The notes beneath the pieces were generated by a model, which was not told where the DNA came from, ran no database searches, and saw only the letters and a program-made list of their open reading frames with translations. A program made the position numbers and the translations under genes. DNA of 63,836 nucleotides, filler included, from Lama guanicoe (taxonomy: Eukaryota): NCBI GenBank assembly GCA_013239625.1. It is 90 parts of 90 records of this genome, joined end to end, with 100 filler letters (N's around TTAATTAATTAA, not from the genome) between each part and the next. Parts side by side here need not be neighbours in the genome. Positions count along the whole stretch, not along the records: positions 1 to 902 come from PNXV01028858.1; positions 1,003 to 1,418 come from PNXV01028860.1; positions 1,519 to 2,072 come from PNXV01028862.1; positions 2,173 to 2,690 come from PNXV01028864.1; positions 2,791 to 3,146 come from PNXV01028865.1; positions 3,247 to 4,063 come from PNXV01028866.1; positions 4,164 to 5,109 come from PNXV01028868.1; positions 5,210 to 5,715 come from PNXV01028869.1; 82 more parts are not named here. One strand, 5' to 3'. Numbering within the stretch: the first letter of the stretch is position 1; each line of letters begins with the position of its first letter. Of this stretch, positions 1 through 10,408 are shown piece after piece.

Positions 1-111
1 AACCAGATGTTAAAGTAAAAAGTCTACTCGCTGCACATGCGTCTTACACATGACTAGGGCAGAAACTAAAAGCACAAGGTAGAGGGCTACTCCACTAGTG
101 TTCTGTGCTGC

Positions 112-530
112 GAACAATGTGAATGGACCCGGAGAATGTCATTCAAAATGAAGTAAGCCAGAAAGAGAAAGAAAAATACCATATATCACATCACTTAAAG
201 GTGGAATCTAAAACAAAAAAGGACAAACGAACATATTTACAAAACAGAAACAGACTCACACACACTTACGGTTATAGGGGAGGAGGGGGTGGGAAGAGAT
301 AAACTGGGAGTTCGAGATTTGCGGATACTAATTGGTATATATAAAATAGATAAACAAGAAGTTTATACTGTATAGCACAGGGAACTATGTTCAATATCTT
401 GTAGTAACTTATGGTGAAAGAGAATATGAAAACAGATGTATGTATGTTCCTATATGACTGAAGCACTGTGCTGTATACCAGAAACTGACACAACATTGTA
501 AACTGACTATATACTTCACTTAAAAAAAAA
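112..530 (+). mobile_element. 5'-truncated LINE-1: ORF2 end, 3' UTR and poly(A)
   Basis: Typical L1 3' sequence (TGAAGTAAGCCAGAAAGAGAAAGAAAAATACCATAT...GTATAGCACAGGGAACTAT...TGTAAACTGACTATA) ending in an A tract. It matches the tails at 8651-8762 and 47448-47646. Confidence 0.85.
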
Positions 531-902
531 CTCTACCAGTAAGAAATTTCACTATTATTTTGTTAAGACAGTCAACACAAATTTTGGTTGGCTTCTTATG
601 CTCAGATCTTACTTTTTTGATGCATTATGTTCCCATTTTATTTTTCAGCTCTTTGTGCGTGTCTAAATCCATGCGTTTACCTCCAAAATGTTTCCTGGGC
701 AGAAAACTTATCGTCAATCCAGCACCAAAAACAAGCATAGAGCATAGCACTATGGACACATTGGGGTTCAGGAAGTATTTGATGTGATGCTCTTTCTGAC
801 AGCAGGTTAAAATTTACAGGATATCTTCTAAGATATGTAATAATAACCATAGTCAACACTGCAGAGTCCTTACCATGTGCCAGGCAGTTTTCTCAGAGCT
901 TC

Positions 903-1002
903 NNNNNNNNNNNNNNNNNNNNNNNNNNNNNNNNNNNNNNNNNNNNTTAATTAATTAANNNNNNNNNNNNNNNNNNNNNNNNNNNNNNNNNNNNNNNNNN
1001 NN
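903..1002. other. Artificial contig spacer N44-TTAATTAATTAA-N44 (first of ~89 copies across the window)
   Basis: The spacer is 100 nt with an invariant structure. Its palindromic 12-mer core puts TAA in all six frames, and the flanking fragments are unrelated and all <1 kb. Confidence 0.98.
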
Positions 1003-1518
1003 TGAAGGAGCTGGTGGAGATGGAAAAGCAGGAGAGAACGTGACATGCTGTAGAGGCTGCACCACAGGGACTGATATGGAAGAGATGTAGGTCAAGCTTA
1101 TTTAATCATATGAACAAGCCCATTCAGGCTGTTGGTAGTGGGGCCAGGGGTGTTTTCTGTAAGGACAGAAATGGCGAAGAGCCAGGCTTCATGGGAACAA
1201 GGCTGGGATCTGGGAAGCATTACGATCAGAGGAGGCTCCTTGTTTCGTGTGTATGGTCCATGTCTCCTGTTTCTGAGACTCCACCCTGTGCTCTGTGGGT
1301 TCCAGGTTTCTGTTCCCTGTGATTTCATCCTGCAAATGGTCCAGGGTTGCCATGGCACCAGTTCTAACCTACATCTCTGTGACTCAGAAGTTCCCATGCT
1401 CCACACTTGTGAATACAGNNNNNNNNNNNNNNNNNNNNNNNNNNNNNNNNNNNNNNNNNNNNTTAATTAATTAANNNNNNNNNNNNNNNNNNNNNNNNNN
1501 NNNNNNNNNNNNNNNNNN

Positions 1519-2072
1519 TGACTAATATGCCACTAAACTTCTGTACAAAAGATGTTGTTTTTAGAAGCAACAGATTCTTTCAAAAGAAGTGTGATGTTAC
1601 TGAGAGAGAAAAAAGTATCATTGTGCCACTGAGAAACTTAATACGAGAGTTATATTAGATTTTTAAAAATTAATTACTGCTTTTGAAGAAGGAATAAAGA
1701 ACCCTACCTGCGACATTTCTGTCATTTGATTTCTGACAGTACAAACAGACATTGTTTTGCATACATGTTCATAAGGATGGATGGAGCAGTAATGGGAAAA
1801 GAAGTTCGAGTTCCCTTCTTCTTCATGTAGAAATTCTAAGCCTCAAAAGTGTATCAAAAGGACTGCTGGGCAAAGACACCATCCAGTGTCAGTAGTTCTG
1901 TCCTTCTCTGTTTGGGTCTGTCAATTCAGTTGCTTAACAGTTGGTGAAGACTCAGTCCCAGTAAAGGTAAGAGTTGATCTTTGGAAAAAATGTGGAATTG
2001 GTGAGCTTCCTTGTTTCCCCAATCCCTTTTCTCCCACAGGCTGGTGTCCAGCGGCCCTCACTGCCACGTGCT
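1519..2072. repeat. Fragment duplicated at 14936-15488 (probable alternative haplotype)
   Basis: Direct comparison shows the same ends, 5 substitutions and 2 small indels. Confidence 0.95.
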
Positions 2073-2790
2073 NNNNNNNNNNNNNNNNNNNNNNNNNNNN
2101 NNNNNNNNNNNNNNNNTTAATTAATTAANNNNNNNNNNNNNNNNNNNNNNNNNNNNNNNNNNNNNNNNNNNNTGAATCGTCAACCTGTCTCTGGTCCTGG
2201 GTTAGTTTTTGTAATGTGATACTTTTGCTCCTGGGGGGAATGATCTATTTAATGATGTTTTCCAAAATAAAGGAAAAACAGTTGTCATTTTTCCAATGAA
2301 TCTGTCTGTATTTTAGCAATGATGGCTGGAGGGTGGGGTCCTGATTCAATTTAGGATGTGTTCGGTCAGCATAGCTAAAGGGATGTGGGAGTAGGAAAAT
2401 AAAAAGAGTTTCAATCTGTCCTTTGGCAGCTCAGTGAAAATTACCAGTAGAGGACACCTAGCGGTGCTTTGTGGAAATTCACTAATGCTGACAAGTCGTA
2501 CACATGACTATTAATGGCGCTCAGTGTACCAGGGTCTTGTGGCCAAATACAACACGGCACAGTAAGACAACAAAGTACGCACCAAACCTGGCCTTAAGTC
2601 TAACTGCATTGGTCCGTACAGCTAACTTCTGTAACAAATAGCCTCCAAATTCCTAGTGGCTTAACACAGTGGAAGTTGATTTTGCACCATNNNNNNNNNN
2701 NNNNNNNNNNNNNNNNNNNNNNNNNNNNNNNNNNTTAATTAATTAANNNNNNNNNNNNNNNNNNNNNNNNNNNNNNNNNNNNNNNNNNNN

Positions 2791-3146
2791 ATCAATCTGA
2801 ATTTCTGCCCAACACCACACGCAAAGGTGAAAACCATTTGTTCCAGGACATAAATAGGAAATATAAACTATAAAGCTAATAGGAGAAAGTGTAAGAGAAT
2901 TATTTTGTGGATTTTTAAAAGCACAAAGGTTAAGGTGATTTTTAGAAGGCATGAAAACATCAGCACTAATTTTGTTCCACATTATCAGGTAGATAGAAAG
3001 TTGGGGGAAAATAATTTGCATTGTGTAAAAGTGACAAAGGAATACTGTCTAGAAGAATAAACAAGAAGCAGAAATCTTAATACAGATATGAGCAAACGAT
3101 ATGAGCAGAGAAATGACAGAAGAAGTTACCCAGGCAAATGAAAAGA
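2791..3146 (+). mobile_element. Old, degenerate L1 ORF2 remnant
   Basis: A-rich, with degraded L1 motifs (AAACTATAAAGCTAATAGGAGAAA, GAAAATAATTTGCA). No ORF. Confidence 0.55.
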
Positions 3147-3369
3147 NNNNNNNNNNNNNNNNNNNNNNNNNNNNNNNNNNNNNNNNNNNNTTAATTAATT
3201 AANNNNNNNNNNNNNNNNNNNNNNNNNNNNNNNNNNNNNNNNNNNNCAACCATGCTGTCTTCTTGCTGTTTTTCAAATACTTTAAGCTTCTCTCTCAGGG
3301 CCCTTCCTTTGCTGTTTTCTGCCTAGCACATTCTCCCCCTCCACATTTCCATAGCTGGTTCTGTTTTGA

Positions 3370-4063
3370 CAGGATCACTTTGGTTGCTGTGTTCAGAACA
3401 GACTGAAGGAGCAAGGTACAAAGCAAAGAGACCAATTCAGAAATTCCTGCAAGTACCTAGAAGAGAAGTGATGGGGGCTTTGGCGAGGGTAGAGGCTGTG
3501 CAGGTTGTGACAGGTGGCTAAATCGTCAATATATTTGCAGATATGACCTGAAAGGTTTCCTAGAAGATTGGATGTGGAGTGTGGAAGAAAAGCAAGATTC
3601 AAGGATGACTCCTCACTTTTCAAATTGAGACACTAGAAGAATGGAAATGAGATCAACCAAGACAGAGAAGACTGCAGAGGTGTCAGAGTTTGGGGCAGGG
3701 GAGAGTTAAGTTCTAGATACTTGTTAAGACAGTCCCATGGAAATGTTGAATAAGAAACTGGACATGAGACTGAAGTTCAGAGGAGAGGTCTGGCCTGAAA
3801 ATAAAAAATGATCAATTTGTAGATGGTAATTAAAGCCTTGAAACTAGATGCAACTCCACAGAAAGAATGTATATTGGAAAAAGGAGAGGTCCAAGGCCTG
3901 TGCCTTGAGCTACTTCACCATTAAGAGGTCAGAAAGACGGAAAGAAGCTAGGAGAAGAAGCTGAGAAAAAGAGGCAAGAGAGAAATGAAAATATCAGGTG
4001 TCCTAGAAGAAAATTGAAGAAATAATTTTAGGAAAATGCAGCGATCAATGGGTCAAATGCTGG
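3370..4063 (-). mobile_element. LINE-2 remnant
   Basis: Antisense L2 hallmarks: AGGATCACTTTGGTTGCTGTG, GATTGGATGTGGAG, TCAAGGATGACTCC, GAAGTTCAGAGGAGAGGTCTGG. Confidence 0.75.
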
Positions 4064-4163
4064 NNNNNNNNNNNNNNNNNNNNNNNNNNNNNNNNNNNNN
4101 NNNNNNNTTAATTAATTAANNNNNNNNNNNNNNNNNNNNNNNNNNNNNNNNNNNNNNNNNNNN

Positions 4164-4839
4164 AGACCATCACATCGACTGGCTGTGCCTTACAACTCTA
4201 TGTGTCCCTGTCGCTGGGTTCCACTGAGTGTGTTCTCCTTACCATCAAGGCTTTTGACCACTATGTAGTGGTCTACAGACTTCTCAGTTACACTAGTGTC
4301 ATACGCCCATCACTTTGCAAGGCCTTAGCAGGAATAGCCTGGCTAAGTAGAGTAGGAAACACTCTCATCCAAGGAACCCTCACCCTTCGGCTTCCTCGAT
4401 GTGGACATTACCATCTGCACCACTCCTTATGTGAATTACCTGCCATGATCACGTTGGCTTGTGTTGACATCCATACAAGTGAAGTCCAGCTTTTTGTGGC
4501 CACGTTAGTTCTCCTTCTTCTTCCTATGGCATTGATATTCGTATCCTGTGGATTCATTGTGCAAGCGGTGATAAAAATTTGTCAGTCCAAGCTTGGCACC
4601 AGGCTCTTAGGACCTGTGGTTCCCATCTACTAGTGGTGTTCCTTTTTTGGGGGACCAGCTCAGCCATATACATTCAACCAAAGGGCTCCTATGGCCGTAG
4701 CCAGGGCAAGTTCCTTACACTCTTCTATACTGTTTTAGCTCCCACACTCAACCCCCTCATATATACTCTGAGAAACAAAGATGTGAAAGGAGCCCTGAGA
4801 AGAGAACAAAATTCCTCAGAAAACTCAGGGAAACAGTGA
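4164..4839 (+). pseudogene. Olfactory receptor pseudogene, class II family-2-like (5' part cut off by the fragment edge)
   Basis: Translation gives [50 protein letters not shown] and [34 protein letters not shown] 1-bp frameshift at ~4580 splits it into ORFs 4202-4633 and 4579-4839. The MAxDRYVAIC motif is degraded to KAFDHYVVVY. Confidence 0.93.
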
Positions 4840-5537
4840 CTTTCTGTTGTGGAAAATTATTAAAGAGACATAACATTAAATAACTACTCCCAAGTATATA
4901 GTGTATGTGTTACTTACTTCTCTGTATTTATATACATTATGGCTAGCATGGTTTAGAAAAAAGAAGCACATTTAGATTCATACTGTATAGCTCATGGAAC
5001 CTCTTGTCTGTGTGCATGCACGTGTGTTAAAAACATGTTTGCACTTTCTCTTATCAAATGTCTTTGAAGAGCTGCAGCATATACTAAAACTAAGAGATTT
5101 TGTGATCTANNNNNNNNNNNNNNNNNNNNNNNNNNNNNNNNNNNNNNNNNNNNTTAATTAATTAANNNNNNNNNNNNNNNNNNNNNNNNNNNNNNNNNNN
5201 NNNNNNNNNGGGCTGGGCTCACAGTGGGATGGGTATGTTCTTACAGTGACCTCTGATAGGTGTGAGAGCAAAACCTTCCCAATACCGGATCTTCCTCCCT
5301 TTCTGTGGAACAACACTGCTACATCTGGAAACAGCAAAGGGAACTGTGATTGGACACCAGACAGAGCCTTTTCTCTCACATTCTGAAGTGTGCTCTCGAT
5401 GGTGTGGACACAGTGTGTTGGGGGAGGACTTCAGAGATTTCCTACCTCTCTCTTCAATTTGGTTTGGCCTCTGAGCTCAGGAGGGTGGAGGTCAATCCTT
5501 GCCTATTTTTTCCCTCTCTAATACCTCCCTGGGGCAG

Positions 5538-5715
5538 AAGAGTGGACCAGGAAGGAGACAGCTGAGAAGGAACAGGAGCTGCTGAAACAGAAACTATAGG
5601 AGCAGCAGCAGCAGGTGGAGGCTCAGAAGAGAAGTTTCCAGAAACACATAGTCCAGCTGATGGAGAAGCTGGTGAGGGAAAGAGAAAACCTGCTGAGAGA
5701 GGCAAACAAGATATT
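5538..5715 (+). pseudogene. GBP6: Guanylate-binding protein (GBP6-like; GBP4/6/7 group) C-terminal helical-domain exon with premature stop
   Basis: A pyrimidine tract and CAG acceptor end at 5537. The frame from 5540 reads EWTRKETAEKEQELLKQKL*EQQQQVEAQKRSFQKHIVQLMEKLVRERENLLRE, matching recalled GBP6 (AKKEAAEKEQELLKQKLQEQQQQMEAQ). The TAG is at 5597-5599. Exact paralog assignment is uncertain. Confidence 0.82.
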
Positions 5716-8218
5716 NNNNNNNNNNNNNNNNNNNNNNNNNNNNNNNNNNNNNNNNNNNNTTAATTAATTAANNNNNNNNNNNNNNNNNNNNNNNNNNNNN
5801 NNNNNNNNNNNNNNNGAGTAATGACTTAATTCCTGGTCTCCAAGTTCTCATGGTTTAAAAGAGAAGATTTGAAACAGACTCAACAACAGTGCCTGGCTGA
5901 ATGAGCGAAGTTCCTGGACAGAGGCAGACACAAGACGCAGGGGTAGTTTAGAGGAGGCAGGGCTGTCTGGGCTACAAGAAGACGTGAAGGCTCTGTGAAG
6001 AAGGCACATGTCAGTGGGTGGGTAAGATGCAGGTAGACAGATACAGGAAAGTGCCCTTCCAGGTCTAGTGGAATGTGTTAGTAAAGAATGAAAAAGTATG
6101 GCAAATGTTTGAGAGTAAGCCAAGGTGAATGCTACTCAGAGTGTTTGTACGGAGCTCAGCAGACTTGGGGACAGACTGCGTGAGTGTAACTGCCAGGCTG
6201 GTGGGTAGATGTTTATTTGGAGTCTACATGCAACAAATACCAGCCTCTGAGTGTGCTGTAAGCATCTCTTTATAAAGGACCAAATATAAAAATAGACAGC
6301 ATATTTTCTGTGGGAAAATTTTAAAACCAGTTTATTTAACTAAAATATTGACTCCTGACATCTTGTTTTTGTTGTTTTTGTAACTTATTTAAAAATCTGT
6401 TCATTTAATGCTATTCATTAATGNNNNNNNNNNNNNNNNNNNNNNNNNNNNNNNNNNNNNNNNNNNNTTAATTAATTAANNNNNNNNNNNNNNNNNNNNN
6501 NNNNNNNNNNNNNNNNNNNNNNNTCAAACTGTTCTGAAATAAGGTGCTCAAATGTAGCAAGAACCTTTTCTTAGTTTCTTTTTTATTGTTCCTGTCACCT
6601 GTGGATTTGACATAACCAAATTTTGATGAGGCACTGCTATGCTGCAGAGAGGTTTATAATGTATATGAAAAAAATCTTCATAATGTTTGGAGCTTGGGGG
6701 TCTGTGAGAAACCCTGGGAAATTGCTTTTGCGACCACACTGACATGTGAATCTCATTTAGAAAGACTGAGTTGCGGGATATCATGGATAAAAACAGCTGA
6801 ATACAGTAAAGTGACAGGTCATCNNNNNNNNNNNNNNNNNNNNNNNNNNNNNNNNNNNNNNNNNNNNTTAATTAATTAANNNNNNNNNNNNNNNNNNNNN
6901 NNNNNNNNNNNNNNNNNNNNNNNTAAACTTCCTTTCCAGTTGGAAATGGAATGGAGAATTAGCGTTGGAAGCTGGGAGAGTCTGTCTTGTGATGAAGCGC
7001 TCCCCGAGCCACTTCCACTGGGACGTCACGTCCCCGTCTGGGCCCCTTGCTCAGCCTGTGCACAGGTGACAGTGCAGATCTGCCGAGCAGTCCTCCCGGA
7101 TAGGGCAGTGGGTTGGAAATGAGTTTGGGTATTTGGTTTCATTACATAGCTTCCTGAGGGTCTTCACCTGGCACTTCGAGTGGGAGCATTCCCTGTCCCA
7201 CAGACTTGTGCTCTGNNNNNNNNNNNNNNNNNNNNNNNNNNNNNNNNNNNNNNNNNNNNTTAATTAATTAANNNNNNNNNNNNNNNNNNNNNNNNNNNNN
7301 NNNNNNNNNNNNNNNGTTCCCATCTTTATCTGAAAAGAAAATAGCTTTCCACGACCCCTTCTTCCAAGAAGACATAATTCATTTGTCCGTAGCTTTGTAT
7401 GCCTTTGGGTCTTGCCGCATGCTCGGGGGAGCTCAGTGCAGGACAGGGAAAGCCCATGATTCACAACTGTGACTCAGCAGAAAATGTCAACCCAACCCCT
7501 CCCCAAACTCAGACCACAAGCGAGTACACTGAGCACACAGGCACTTCCCAGACAGGAAAATGTAGCTGGGGGAGCCAAGAGGACGGAAGGATTTAAAATA
7601 ATGCAAGGAAAGGAAGGTCCATTTCAGCATGGTGGAAGAGTCAGATGCCACGTGGCAATGTTGAAAAGAGGGGTGTTCGGAACGGAAGAGAGGATGAAGC
7701 CTCCCATATGTTCCATGACCAGTTGACACCAAGCATAAGGCATCCTGCCGTTGAAGGTTAGGTGAAGAAAGCCGATTTCTTCAACAAGAGAGTCAATAAT
7801 ATCACCTAAGGAATGCACACTGNNNNNNNNNNNNNNNNNNNNNNNNNNNNNNNNNNNNNNNNNNNNTTAATTAATTAANNNNNNNNNNNNNNNNNNNNNN
7901 NNNNNNNNNNNNNNNNNNNNNNCATAGAGTCTTGGATCCTAAGCCAGAATGTTGAATAAATACATTCAGAATCTATGAAAAACCAAAGAGTAAAGTATGT
8001 GTTATGATAATTCCATGGCTAGTCCTTTGGACTATAACCCAGGCATCTGAGCCTCTGGTCTAATTGCTCTGAGGATTCAATCAGATTCTGTACATGAGAG
8101 CATCACTCCTAGCATGTATTAAAGATAAAAAACTTTTAGTAATAGCCAGTGATTATTAAGTGCTTGTCATGTACAAAACATTGTGCTAGTCCTTTTTCAT
8201 AGTCTTATTTAATGCTCT

Positions 8219-8471
8219 TGAAACCAAGCAGGACCCTGTGGGGCCTCCCTGGACAGACTAGTTCATCATATCCTCTGCTTTAACTCCCCCTGAAGTACCT
8301 TGATATTAGTATCTGATGCATATTTCCTGATTTTTTCAGATGCTAAAGCCATCACCAAATGGAAGAAGTTAGCTACTTGATGACCATGAGTAGTAGCCCC
8401 CGGCCATCTGGCACCTAAGGATTCACCAACAACCGATCGGAGATTGTGCACAGCTGATCACATGCTGTGGG
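8219..8471 (+). mobile_element. ERV LTR, 5' portion
   Basis: Starts abruptly with TGAAACCAAGCAGGACCCTGTGGG. It shares the GTGCA(N)AGCTGATCA motif with the LTR at 62918-63278. Confidence 0.6.
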
Positions 8472-8636
8472 NNNNNNNNNNNNNNNNNNNNNNNNNNNNN
8501 NNNNNNNNNNNNNNNTTAATTAATTAANNNNNNNNNNNNNNNNNNNNNNNNNNNNNNNNNNNNNNNNNNNNTGCTGCTTAGGGGAATAATACCCTATACA
8601 GATAGTGAGAATATAAATTGTTTATAAGCTTTTAAT

Positions 8637-8772
8637 AAAACAGTTTGGGATGCAACAATGACTATAAGTATGTTCATGTATAGCTGAAAAATTGTGTTTT
8701 ACACTGGAAATCGACACATTGTAAACTGACTATAACTCAATAAAATAAAATTAAAAAAAAAACAGTTTGGGA
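8637..8772 (+). mobile_element. Very short 5'-truncated L1 tail with 14-bp target-site duplication
   Basis: AAAACAGTTTGGGA occurs at 8637-8650 and 8759-8772, flanking an L1 3' end with AATAAA and poly(A). Confidence 0.85.
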
Positions 8773-9019
8773 ATATATATCTGAAACCTCAAATATATTT
8801 TCCTTGATTCCAGTGTTTAAAATTAACCCTAAGGATATAGATCATAAATGACTGCAAAGATCTTCATTTTTTTTGTTGTTAAAATCTTAAAGCCCAATCT
8901 TTCGACAATGAAGGGATAAACAGTGATGTATCTAAATATTGAAATATTGTACATTAATTAAAAATAATTTTTCAGAAAATACTATGATCTGTAGACCACC
9001 TGGAACCATGTGACCATAA

Positions 9020-9440
9020 TTATAGTGAACAGATCTTTGACAAAAGAGCAAAGGCAATACAGTGGAGCAAAGACAGTCTCTTCAACAAATAGTACTGGAA
9101 AAACTGGAAATCCACTTAAAAAGTGAATTTAGACACAGACCTTACACTTGTCACGTAAATTAACTCAGTGGATCAGAGAAGCTAAATGTAAAATACGAAA
9201 CTATAAAACTTCTGGAAGATAGTCTGGATGACCTGTGGGTATGGTGATACTTTTTTAGATACAACACCAGACATGACCCATGAAAGAAGAAAAAAATGAT
9301 AAAATGGCCTTCATTAAAATAAAAAAACTGCTTTGCAAAAGACAACATCAAGAGAACTAGAAGACAAGCCACAAACTGGGAGAAACACAAAAGACACATC
9401 TGGAAAGGGACTGCTATCCAAATATAAAAGAACTCTTAAA
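9020..9440 (+). mobile_element. Old L1 ORF2 remnant (also present in the duplicate, ~9990-10408)
   Basis: GATCTTTGACAAAAGAGCAAAGGCAATACAGTGGAGCAAAGACAGTCTCTTCAACAAAT and AAGACAAGCCACAAACTGGGAGAAA are L1 ORF2 C-terminal motifs. The frame is disrupted. Confidence 0.85.
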
Positions 9441-9540
9441 NNNNNNNNNNNNNNNNNNNNNNNNNNNNNNNNNNNNNNNNNNNNTTAATTAATTAANNNN
9501 NNNNNNNNNNNNNNNNNNNNNNNNNNNNNNNNNNNNNNNN

Positions 9541-10408
9541 TGCTGCTTAGGGGAATAATACCCTATACAGATAGTGAGAATATAAATTGGTTATAAGCTT
9601 TTAATAAAACAGTTTGGGATGCAACAATGAATATAAGTATATTCATGTATAACTGAAAAATTGTGTTTTACACTGGAAATCGACACATTGTAAACTGACT
9701 ATAACTCAATAAAATAAAATTAAAAAAAAAACAGTTTGGGAATATATATCTGAAACCTCAAATATATTTTCCTTGATTCCAGTGTTTAAAATTAACCCTA
9801 AGGATATAGATCATAAATGACTTCAAAGATCTTCATTTTTTTGTTGTTAAAATCTTAAAGCCCAAGCTTTCGACAATGAAGGGATAAACAGTGATGTATC
9901 TAAATATTGAGATATTGTACATTAATTGAAAATAATTTTTCAAAAAATACTATGATCTGTAGACCACCTGGAACCATGTGATCATAATTATAGTGAACAG
10001 ATCTTTGACAAAAGAGCAAAGGCAATACAGTGGAGCAAAGACAGTCTCTTCAACAAATAGTACTGGAAAAACTGGAAATCCACTTAAAAAGTGAATTTAG
10101 ACACAGACCTTACACTTGTCACGTAAATTAACTCAGTGGATCAGAGAAGCTAAATGTAAAATACGAAACTATAAAACTTCTGGAAGATAGTCTGGATGAC
10201 CTGTGGGTATGGTGATACTTTTTTAGATACAACACCAGACATGACCCATGAAAGAAGAAAAAAATGATAAAATGGCCTTCATTAAAATGAAAAAACTGCT
10301 TTGCAAAAGACAACATCAAGAGAATTAGAAGACAAGCCACAAACTGGGAGAAACGCAAGAGACACATCTGGAAAGGGACTGCTATCCAAATATAAAAGAA
10401 CTCTTAAA
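9541..10408. repeat. Second copy of 8572-9440
   Basis: Direct sequence comparison. Confidence 0.95.

Larger units (their letters stand above)
8572..9440. repeat. Fragment duplicated at 9541-10408 (probable alternative haplotype)
   Basis: Same ends, about 14 substitutions and 1 homopolymer indel. Confidence 0.95.

Noticed and set aside
4164..5715. OR pseudogene next to a GBP exon read as a gene cluster
   Set aside because: They lie on separate fragments joined artificially, so adjacency is uninformative.
7624..7818. Minus-strand 64-aa ORF after a TTCCTTAG acceptor-like site
   Set aside because: No recognisable homology, and the fragment ends before the splice context can be judged.
9160..10367. 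Two nearly identical 79-aa hydrophobic ORFs
   Set aside because: They are antisense readings of an L1 remnant in duplicated fragments.
8572..10408. Tandem duplication (also 34282-35347)
   Set aside because: The ends coincide precisely with fragment ends and share exactly 49 bp, which alternative assembly paths explain better.
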